From contig NC_047069.1 in assembly GCF_902459465.1 (NCBI RefSeq), positions 14,632,001 to 14,696,000 of the forward strand: a stretch of 64,000 bases of DNA, read 5' to 3'. Shown here one piece after another: positions 1 through 10,630 of this stretch. Position numbers and translations under genes: made by a program. The DNA is from Asterias rubens. Taxonomy: Eukaryota. The notes under the pieces were generated by a model. It searched no databases and was not told where the DNA came from. It was given only the letters and a program-made list of their open reading frames with translations. Every line of letters begins with the position of its first letter. The first letter of the stretch is position 1.

Positions 1-208
1 TGATTTCTGTCCAGAAGAAACAATATGTAACATTGAGGTTTTCAAGATATTTGGTACAGTAGTAATTTCTTTAAAGCACTTTCATCAACTAATTAAAACT
101 ATTTTGAATCATTTCCGACAGAACTAAACAAACAAACAAACAAAAACCGAAAAAGTATTTCCTATCTTCACTGCTTGCTTGTTTTGTAATTCAATTTAAT
201 TCATGGGA

Positions 209-568
209 TGTAAGCATATCACGCTCAAGAGGTTCTTTTGTCATTTACGAATGTTTCCACTTCCCACTTGACTATTAATAAAAAACGAACCCAGACACCT
301 TGTACCCAATCGTTGATTTGAAACAAAACAAAAATAAGACCACATCGAACCACTTTAAGGGCCCAGATTGGAACCGATTCTGACGTAAAAACTCGTGGAG
401 ATATTTTTGCAGCAGCAACCCTCCTTTTTATACAACAAGTCGCTCGCCCCGCACCACCATAAGGACTATGGGTTGAGGCTCCCATAGATGGCCCTCGGGC
501 CAGCAGTGACACGGAAACACCTGGATTATTAAGCCAAATGGCCCCATGCTCCAACGGCTCAGATTACA
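209..568 (-). mobile_element. Probable LTR (360 bp)
   Basis: Termini TGTAA...TTACA. On the minus strand it is preceded by a purine tract (ggggagataga, PPT-like) and contains TATAAAA. Confidence 0.55.
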
Positions 569-582
569 AAATCTATCTCCCC

Positions 583-617
<35 letters not shown>

Positions 618-1500
618 TCCTGGGTGGAAGAGGGATTGGTGAAAATATTTTGCAATCTAACGCGAATTTCGGAAAGGGTGGGATCCGAGAACGGATTCGG
701 ATGGAGTAAACATACACCGGAATTGTTATTCATATCCACGTTGTTGGTGGGTGTGTGGTTGAGTATACAGCTTATCAAAGTGTGGGTGAGAACTTGTCTA
801 GTTTTGGTAAATGTGGTGAATCAATAACAAGGTGTAGGAAAGGTGTGTTTTTGGTCCAAGCTCCTCCCCCCCCCCCCTTTGGAGAGACTCGGTTTAGTAG
901 GTGTTTTACTTCAAAGGGGCCAAGGAAGTTCCAAAAAACAACGGCCAAGCAAAGTTTGATCGTTACTAAGAATTAAAAACATACTTCTCTCCAGATAATA
1001 TTTCGAAAGTTGATTCCAAACTTTCCCATGAGTTCAAGTCATCATCCCCTCATTTCAATCACCAGGGAGAACGGCTTACCACCCCCGGGGGAAAAGTGGT
1101 ACAGTCCAAATAGGTTAGTTTTCAGTTTGAGAGGGGAATGCCATCTGGCGTTTGGAGCAGCAGTGGAGAAGTAATCCATTGGTTAAAGCATGCAGCACAC
1201 CATCATCATCATCATTGCGGGACCTCAGAAAAGAGAGGAGAAAAAACCCAAAGACCCAGCTGTGTCCCTCGGCTCAGTAGTCAACCTCCGGCCTCGTAAT
1301 GAACAGCCGGTCATTTGCGGAAGTAGCTGACATTCCATGGTTAGTTGGTGAGCGTTTTTCCTCCACTCGGTCTTGGTCTTAGAGAGAGACAAGCGATCGG
1401 AGTTCCTAACTGGAGGAATTTACTCAATGTACCCGCGATGGCCTTGCGATTCTCACGGTCAGCCATTTGGTCTTCAGAATCAGAGATAAAAAACTTCTTC
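569..1500 (-). mobile_element. Heavily decayed, internally deleted Ty3/Gypsy pol relic
   Basis: Colinear frameshifted motifs: SKFLQLGTPIACLS (RT connection, cf. NFSQVAAPLTALT), DRLFITRPEVD (RNase H, cf. RPFIVEVDAS), ARW...PG, and FLGPFEV..LNRVS (integrase GPF). Matches are by eye only. Confidence 0.5.
586..614. repeat. (CT)n microsatellite
   Basis: Pure CT run next to the LTR/PPT. Confidence 0.95.
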
Positions 1501-3832
1501 GTTCTCACAGATGATGATGATGATGAGAAGAAAATACAATGACGTCAAATATTTCCAAGAAACTTTAATCCGAAGGATGTTGTCAGATAAGAAAATAATT
1601 ATATTCATTGCCAAGCAAACGATTGTAACTCTTAGTTTGTTCCCACACAGAAACAACAGAAACATAATTAAAAAAGCCTGAGGCCAACTGCCTCTTAGAG
1701 TCTTATTGAGCTCACATTAAAAAGCTGTGGTTAAATTCACTTGTGCCCACACAAACAAAATCTCATTTAGTCGACACTTGACACGGAATTTTTCTATTCC
1801 ATCCAACTTGGCTTTTATATTAGTAACGTATACTCAAATTGCTTTCTCAGTGTACTTTTACAAAGAACAATCCAGGAAGTTATTTGTATAACACGATAAA
1901 ACTGATGTCGGTTTATCTAAGTAATTATGGAACGTGTTTGTAATGTAGTCGTGTATGTGATCAATCAATAGATAATTCACCCCTGTGGATTTAGCGTGGA
2001 ACACGTTCAGATCATCAGAGAGGAAATAATAATATTTTAAAGGTGACTTTTAAAATTGTCACAGTGACGCGTGTGTAAGTGGAGAGTGTTCAAAGTTCAC
2101 ATTGATGAACGTTTTAGCGATAAAGAAGTAGGGTCTACATTATTACATCATTTTGGGTTGGGCATGGGGGGGTTGGAAGGGTAAATCCGTTTACAATTCC
2201 AGTTTTCATTTGACACAACACCCATCCCTTGTGAACATTTGATTCAATTGGCTGGTGAATATTTTGAGAACGATAACGCCCGGAAAGTGCCTGTTGTTTT
2301 ATCAAGAATTTCGCAAACTTCTGTGTATACTTGTGTAAGTTTTTTCACCGTGACAATCGAGATAGGCAGTTGAGATTTTGTGGGTCTTCAAAGTCAAACT
2401 CCTCGACAGATTTAAAGGAGGTGTCTTCTCCTTGCGAGATCGGTGAACATTCAGTCTGAAACTTAAAATCCCCCATGACTCCAGTCTTGCAGTATCAGTG
2501 GTGGTTGATTAGGGTAGGGGAAAGCGCGGGATATCTCCATGGTTTGGGTGATCAAATAGGCCTATCAAATTTCCAATTTAACAAAAACATTAACCGCCAA
2601 ACTTATTACAATACACATCAGTGGCAGTTTGTTGTGAAACAAAATAAAGATAATGAGATACAGCAAACCGCGTACAAAGAACCAGAATTAATTCCTTTTA
2701 AAATCAGTTCGACCAGGTGGGGCAAACTTTTTTGTTTGCTGCTCGGGTGTTCTCCAATTGCTTCGACAGAGGTTCGTTTCATTCCATGAACTTTGACATC
2801 TGACTGACCTTCGGCCATGTTGCTGAAAACTGTGGATACATTGCGGTGAAAGTTTGTATTCCAAAATTAAAACAGTGATTTTTTGTAATACTAATTGATT
2901 TGACTGCAGTATTTATTCCCCTTTTCCTTTGAATAAACCCAAGCATTAAACAAATAAACATGCATCTTTAATAAGTTTGGATGTAACCGATTCCATGCAG
3001 AGAATAGCACAAACACACTAAATGATTCCCAACTGAGAGGCTGTCCAGAGCAACCCGTCACGGGGGTACCAAGGCTTAATTTCCCCGGTCTCTACTCTCC
3101 CCTCATTGCTGGTTAACTAGAAAATGATTGAAACAGTCGGAACAAATTATCTCAGAGATTCTTTTAGTATTTCGCTTTCCTCAGTTTTTTTTTCTTCTTT
3201 AATACCTTCCTGAAAAATAAATAATATAATAAAATAGAACTCCAAATATTTTCTCACGTACGTCATACAGATAAATAGTTCTTAACATTCAGATTCATTC
3301 ATCCAAGGTGTCTGAACAAATTTAAAGGGATTTTATAAATTTGCTTTCTTTTATGATGAATGCTCTACAGGCACTAGTTAAAATGATATCATTATTAATG
3401 TACTATACCATACGCATCCATCTCTACTCTCGTACCCTATAGAGATAGATGTGTATGTAGCTACACGAATGACCTCTGACCCGATAGACAACCTCGTGTC
3501 CACTATACATTCATATCATCATCCCCCACGATACAAACTGTTTTCACTACAGAGTGATCGATTGGCGTCACAAGAGACCAAGGTTTTGAACGATTGGTTT
3601 GAAACCGGTCACTGTGAGCAAGGTTGACTGCAACGCAGATGTTCATCATTATTGCATGTCCTATCTCCCATTGCTCTCAAAGTCTCTTGGCGATTTTTTT
3701 TTTTGTAGCTTTCCAAAATAACTAGTTCAACAGTGGTCATGGGAAATAATTACATTGCAAATACGGACTTGAAGCTATTTGGTTTTGACACAATATGTTA
3801 ATGCATAACAGATTTTGTTTGTGGCACAATTC

Positions 3833-4012
3833 TTTTGTATGATTTGTTTTTCATTTCCTGAAAATCTGAAATTGCTTCCAATACAGTTTACACCAGCAGT
3901 AGCATCGATTTACGAATCATTTTGTGCCAAACTGTTTTATGATTCGTTTATCATTTCCTGAAAATCTGAAAATTGCTTCCACTACGGTTTACTTCAACAG
4001 TAGCATTGATTA
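3833..4012. repeat. Diverged tandem duplication, period 100 bp
   Basis: tcatttcctgaaaatctgaaa at 3851 and 3951, with colinear flanks. Confidence 0.85.
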
Positions 4013-7004
4013 ACACATCTTTTGCATTAAATGTATGTAACTGGTCAGTCTGACCAAAGAAAATATTTAAACGACTGTTTAGAGTCGCCATTTTGTTTGA
4101 AGCACCAAAAATACTGGTGGATTATTCATTTTCCCCCGACATTCGTAAAACCACATTGAGCTGACGGTGAACTGGTCGGTAGTCGACCCCAACGCCCCAC
4201 ATGTGGTAAATATGATAATAATAATAATTATGAGTATAACAATATTTAACATTTCGGAACCTCTTTATACAAAGTAAAGGAACTGGCAAAACGCAGTTAG
4301 CAGAAACGATATTGTTAACAGAGTTTTATAAATCATATCTCGTCAGTAACGAATACATTTCATCCGAACCCAAAAAGGTGTCAACTCCCAAACTTGATGT
4401 TTATAGAGAGGAAGTTACGCTTTTGGGCAAGACTACTCCATCCAATTTTAATAATAAACATTGTTACGGTTTATACAGAGAAACGTTTTCCGCATGTTCG
4501 TGTATTACAATAATTTGGTACGGCACCAGAATGCACCTACTATAATAGCCTACATATATTTCTTTAAACAAAATGAATACATCAATGTCGACTGCAGTGT
4601 TGACGCTTTAAAGTTAATATCAACAACAGCAGTCTAACTTGCCGTTTGAATACATTGGTAATAAAGTAATAAAAAAATCCGCCGTCATCATCATACACAA
4701 CATGTCTTTAAGATTGTGAGAAATAGTATAAGTATCTTACACTCTGAGCCCGTTAATGTATGTAGTTTATGTACTCAATTCGATAACTAGAAGTTTATGA
4801 TGAGTAATTACTTGTGTAATCGTGTGATAACAACAAAAAGCCATGAAAGCCAATGAAATAAAAGAGTCGAAAAGCACCAGCAAAGAATTTAAAGAAATTG
4901 CTTTGGAAAATGCATGTACTTCATACATGGTATAGATAGTGCAGTGTTATTGAAATAGAGAAATTGGCGAGCGCCGAGTTGCTTATTTTAGTCGTCTTAT
5001 CAAGTCGTTATAAGACGTGTTTTGAGTTTTGGCAGGTTTATTTGAAGCATTCAGGCCGTAGTCACGTCTATTTGTTTGGGCAGTGAACTTTCCCTGGTGA
5101 TGGTTGTGTGTGTGTGTTGGGGGGGGGGGGGGGGGGCGGGAGCCCCATCCGATACCCCAAGATTCATGACTCGATTAGTTTTCTAAATAAATACCAGATG
5201 ATTGATGAAGGGAATTCATATCATATCGGAAACCATATCATAAGAATGAAATCGCGGGGAAGGCATTATAATTGGAACCGGGTTGTGCTAGGTCCAAACT
5301 ATAACCAGACACTGAGAAAAGCTCAACAGACTTAGACAAGTCTCATGTTTTATTATTCGAACACTGGGACGTGTTTTTAAAGTGCACGTTAAAGCAGTGC
5401 ACTTGCTTGTGAACCAAAAGCTCACGAGAAAATGGTCAAAATAAACACGAGACTTTACCGGGTCTGCGTGTAATATAACACCACCGAGACTGCACCCACC
5501 CCAAACCAACAAACTCCAAACTCTTTTACCTGATAATAATATCCTATGCAAGTTGTTCTTGAGCAAACACTGTAGTTTTTTTAGTTCCCGCTTTTGGCGC
5601 TGCTAATGATATAGGTCAGCGAGCGTGCAAACAACCCATGCTAACAAACAAAAGCTCATTTGGCCCCCTTTGCGTTGTTTGTGATACCACACCACACTGC
5701 AGACTTCCTGTGTAATTTTCCACAGTCAGTCGATGAGTGGGAGCATCTTTGGCGACCTTGAGACTTTGCGCTGGATTCACTCCTTAGAAATGTCAGAGTT
5801 CGAATTGATATCCATGCAGCATGAACTCTAAAGGTCCAACACACTGGGACACAGTTTAACTGAAAGCAAAGAGTTTCCTTTAAAAAAAACCTACAACTTC
5901 TAGTGCTTTCAAATACAACATCCAAAATCATCTTGTTGCGTACACCAACATCTCACAAGATTGTTTTAATACACCATTGAACACTGTCAAAAAGCATTTA
6001 GATTGAAGTTTCGTTTCAACCGAGTGAAAACGTGTCCCCAAATTTTTTTTTTCAACATGTGGATTTGTCTATTGAACGCCAAAAGTTGGAGTGCAAATAT
6101 TGGGTGACCACCACCGTTTACATACAGGTGACCTTTGACTGAATAATAAATGCAGATGACTATCACACACGCACCTTGTACCATAGCTCCCATGCTTGTT
6201 CGAAGCATCTGTGTACACACACAAGCAGAGGGATTTGGTTTCAGATGAGAGTAGAATTAAAGACTGCAGTATACACGTGTGCATTCAACATGTATGTTGT
6301 TTGTGCATATTCATGTGTTTCTCTGACATGACAAATCCATGCAAAAACTACACTGTTGTCTGTATATCTGACCATATTCAGATAAAAACTCTGGTTCACC
6401 TTGAAGGCATGATGGACAACAAAATGTCAGTTTGGACATTATAATCCTGTCTTCAAGGCGCACACCAGGGAGGAACTTAAATTTTCATCTGAATATACAC
6501 TAAATTTAACTCCTTTTTCGAACATGACAACGATGTAGTTTGAATTTGAAGCATGGGGAGTGTTAGTATTTGTAGCTAGAACAACTTGCAAAAGATTGGG
6601 TTTGGTTAATCATTTTCAGATCATTGGTATTTTGGTATCCTGACTACTTCCTCTGTATATAACACCTTCTATTTTACGATACCATAACTACAACAAGGGT
6701 GGGTTAACAAAATGCAAAAACAAAGGCAGACATTTCTGAGTCTCTAATTTGATCCTTCAACAACGGGTCTGGGACCGAGGGGGACATCCCGTCATGATTT
6801 ACCTAGGTGGGGCGACACAAGGGGTGACGCAACTGACCATGCGCGTTGGTGTTTCACAGCGCCATGTTTCCGGACTCCACATCAACACCGCAGAGTTTTA
6901 AAGCAAGGCACGTTTCTCCCCTAGAGCTAAACGATTTTGTTTTGTATTTTTGAAAGCCAGTGTAGAAGTTTGATTTGTTAAATGCATTCAAATGCAACTT
7001 ATAA

Positions 7005-9786
7005 TTTATTGTGTGAACCAAAACTCAAGAGTTGGTGTGGAAGAATGTTCCACATGCTCTCAGTTGTCTTTATACTATTGAAAAACACTTTTTGCGAACA
7101 TTTCTTGATTGATTTGAGTTCATCTCTAGTGGAATTTTCACACAACAAGAGTTCCAGCTAAAAGCTTTTCTCAACTACTATGGCGTTTCACAGATTATAA
7201 ATACCACACAGTGGATTAAAGGGAGCTTTTTGCATTTAAAATATGTTTATCCTGCGTGGTTTATCGAGGCAAGTATGCAGCACGAAGGATCAGTTATCCC
7301 TGGAAAGTTCTTTTGTGTGAAAATGGTTTTCTTCGGGGGAGATTGGCGAAACCCATTCTGAAAAGGATTTAAAATTTTATAATCTTTCTCCTGAATTAAA
7401 CTTCTGGGCCGGTCTGAGGAATATTAATACAAGCAAAACATGTCCGCCTGAGACCTGAAAGTATTGGGTTTGGATTCGCGTGCATGGAAAACCAAAATAA
7501 GCAGAATTTGTTTTTAATCTTTTCGGTTGCATTGTCTGGAAACGTTCGGTCGGATCAACTGGGGTAAAAGGGAGGGAAAATGTGTGAAAATCCCTGGTGG
7601 GAAATCGGCACGGTGTCGCTTGAGTTTTCTGGTTGATTTAACAGGACTATAAAAACCTTAACTGCACAAAGAAACCTGTGCCTTTTAAGATTTTTTTTTG
7701 CCGGGGACATTTTTATTATTCCGTTTGAGAAATTTATACCCGGTCGGTAGGGCTGTGTTGAATAACATCGCGACTACGCCGAACAAAAACCCAACTACGG
7801 CCGCCCACACTACTGTGTTTGATGGCCGTGCTGAGTGCTGCATGTACCCCCTTGCTTGTCATATAATGCTCAGAGAATTGTGCACGCATGCATGAATTAT
7901 ACAGAGTGCAGAAAACCCCAACATGCACCAAAAATCCCTGATTTTCTTCCAACTGTTGCTGATAAATAAATTTTAAAAATAGCTAAGAATTACTTGGTAT
8001 TGCAGCCTCGTACTGCCCGTGTATCTGGGGACTTTAGGTGAATTCAAACTTGCAGAAAAACAGTGTAAAAACCAACACTGGTTGGATTCACATGTTTTTA
8101 TACACCACTAATGACTCTCGCTTTACGGTCCAACGACAGGACAAGCTTACCTCACCCCCAGGCAAAAAGACCTCTTTCGCACGGAACTGCAGCTGAACCC
8201 GTTTTTTTTCTCTTCCAATTGTTGTGAATGGGATATTGACTGGCACTCAATACCGTTTGCAAACCCATTGAAACCCAACGCATTGTGTTCATGTAAATCC
8301 GCCGGAAACCCAGCACATCGACAGGCGTTTAGTTATATGCTGCAATTGAATAGAGCAACACGATCACCTTGTGTACAATACAGGAAAAAAACTGATGTAA
8401 TGGTTGTTTTCACAACTTGGTTTTTCACGGGATGAATGCTGTCCGGACATGATTTCAATAAACTATAAGTTACAATAAATGCATTCTCGGGGAGGAATCC
8501 TCTATTTATAATAAGAACTTGGTGCTTTCTTACAACTGGTTTCAATAAACAATCCGATCAGATACGCACTATATAATACCATAGGTTATACAACTTGTTC
8601 ATATGATATTTAAAAACTGTGACAGTCCTACTGTAAAATATAACCCAATGACTTTAATAACAAACCGACCACGTGACCTAACGCATATTCCACGCGTGTC
8701 GTTCCAGTGAATATATACACTTGTATGTATAGAATATGTATGTACATGTATAAATACAAAGTGTATAGATTCACTTTAATTTTATTTTTAATATAGACCT
8801 ATGAGTGGACACCTTATTTGAAAAAGTGTAATTCGAGGGGATAACATCCTGCCCGAAGTTCAGATACAGAGCAAAGAGATGATGATGAAATATGAGATAG
8901 TAGTGTGTGGGGACGAGACTTTGTACAAACACTGAACCTGACTCAGTGTTTGTTAACACGAGGTTTGTGAAGCAAGCTGCAAAAAAAACGCGGGAATTTG
9001 GTGGAGGTCAATTTGACATAAGTGGTTTGAGGGGGGCCCCGTGTGATTCACTTGTTTTTCAGTTTCACCTCATGTTTCCTTTTTCATTCATGGAAGTTAA
9101 GTGAGATTCGTTTCGTCGTGGCCTGTAATCGGTTTGTCTTATTATTATAGGAACACAAGACATATTGGTTTTACTTACTTCTTTTTAACCGTACATTTTA
9201 TACATATTATATTTAGCACACTATCTAGGTGTATAGTGTTCAAAATTGCACCATGTTTCCCATCAATAATAATATAATTCAATCCTAACGCTGGTCACCC
9301 ACCACGAGGCGGTCATTTACATGGTCGTAATTACAACTGACCAGTGGGGGTATTGTGTGTACAATTTCTCTCTCAAGGCTTGAGATCGCTACCGATTTGG
9401 TCTCATCCACACGAGGTGTCTACATCGGAGAAATCCTGCCAAGGTGGATGCAATATATCCCTGGTGTTCTGGAAGATACCATGGTACCAGCTTTCTTAGG
9501 TTGCGTGGCAACGTAGCAATCGTTGGAAGGGTTGCTTCTGCTGCTGCAACAGGAGAGTCGTTTCTACAACCACCGCACTGATATAGTATCCTTGGGTTAC
9601 GGAAATTCTGCCGTAGTGGCCACGTGGCGATGCATGTCATTGACTCCATGGGGTGTACAGTAACCGCGGCCCTGCGGCGTGAAACTAGGCACCCTGCCGG
9701 CCGGTTGTGGTGTCGAATGGACATGATGTTAGTGAGTTTGCTGAGAATGAAGTCGGCCCAGGGTGACGATGACGACGAGGATGATG
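7005..9786 (-). other. Probable Sprouty 3' UTR with candidate poly(A) signals
   Basis: AATAAA on the minus strand at 8781-8786, 7712-7717 and 7005-7010. UGUAHAUA motifs at 8712-8719 and 8739-8746. The 3' end cannot be fixed from sequence alone. Confidence 0.45.
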
Positions 9787-10572
9787 CTACAAAGTCTCGT
9801 ACTCCGATTCCTTGCACTTGCAACCGTCCCTCGCGAAGCAGAGTTTGCAGGAAGATATACACCCTCGCCCAGGCAGGTAACACCAGAGACAAGGCAACAC
9901 AAGGGAGATCATTCCCATAATGGACCATCGCATACAACATTTCTTATCCCCGCATGAACATGGTTTGTCACCCCACGAATAATCATCGTGGTTGCTGTCC
10001 GCGAAATGGTAAAATAATCCTTTCACACAGAATAGACAGGTGCAATATTCCAACGTGTTCTCTGCCGAGCATTTGTACCTCCCGCACAGCCAGGTTTGAG
10101 GAAAATCTGTTCTAGTCCTGCACTTGTCGCAGCAACATTTCCCGCAAGCTTGACAAGCGATGGGGATATTGCTGTCGTAACAGCGCAGAGGAGTTGTAGT
10201 CTGGGCGCTCGAGTCGCTTTCTTCGCTAGTCCTACTCACTTCTCGTTTGGCGTATTTTAAAACTTTGGTCTTGCCGTTGTCCGACACGACAATAAAAGTT
10301 GATCTGTTGTTTCGGTGATGATGACTTCCCGACAGCAAGTGGGGCTGGGCTGGGTTGTCATTGTTATTCCTTGTATTGTTGAGAAGCTCATTGCCTGGTT
10401 CATAAACGTATTCGTTCCCCGGCGCCCGTCTCTCGGGAGGAGCGCTTTGTAGGGCCGGAAAGTCAACGATTCGGGGCTGCTGGCCTATAGGCTGCCGGCC
10501 GCTAGACTGCCGCAATGACCTGGTCAGAGACCTGGGCTGCCGCGATATCACGCCATTTCCATCCTGTGCCAT
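9787..10572 (-). CDS. spry: Sprouty homolog (RTK/FGF-MAPK feedback inhibitor), 261 aa, single coding exon
   Basis: Contains NEYVYEP (Cbl-TKB N-x-Y-x-x-x-P), Ser-rich SRTSEESDSS and an SPR domain (CGKCCCDKC...CSAENTLEYCTCLFCVKGLFYH...RWSIMGMISLVLPCLWCYLPGRGC). There is no EVH1 domain, so it is Sprouty rather than Spred. The ORF track starts at 10629 on a GTG inside the polypyrimidine tract; the true start is taken as ATG 10572 (MAQDG). Confidence 0.96.
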   Translation of the reverse strand: MAQDGNGVISRQPRSLTRSLRQSSGRQPIGQQPRIVDFPALQSAPPERRAPGNEYVYEPGNELLNNTRNNNDNPAQPHLLSGSHHHRNNRSTFIVVSDNGKTKVLKYAKREVSRTSEESDSSAQTTTPLRCYDSNIPIACQACGKCCCDKCRTRTDFPQTWLCGRYKCSAENTLEYCTCLFCVKGLFYHFADSNHDDYSWGDKPCSCGDKKCCMRWSIMGMISLVLPCLWCYLPGRGCISSCKLCFARDGCKCKESEYETL

Positions 10573-10608
10573 GGATGCAACATGCGGCAAGCCGGTGCTC
10601 CATAAACT

Positions 10609-10630
10609 CTGAAAAAGAAGAAGAAACACA
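10609..10630 (-). other. 3' splice acceptor of the Sprouty 5'-UTR intron; coding exon begins at 10608
   Basis: Minus strand reads gtgtgtttcttcttctttttcag|AGTTTATGG, 36 nt before the ATG. Sprouty genes typically have non-coding 5' exons and one coding exon. Confidence 0.85.

Noticed and set aside
8145-8156. Minus-strand donor GAG|GTAAGC in the presumed 3' UTR
   Set aside because: It is an isolated signal with no convincing partner acceptor.
10573-10629. 19-aa N-terminal extension of Sprouty (MFLLLFQ...)
   Set aside because: It starts on GTG inside the intronic polypyrimidine tract.
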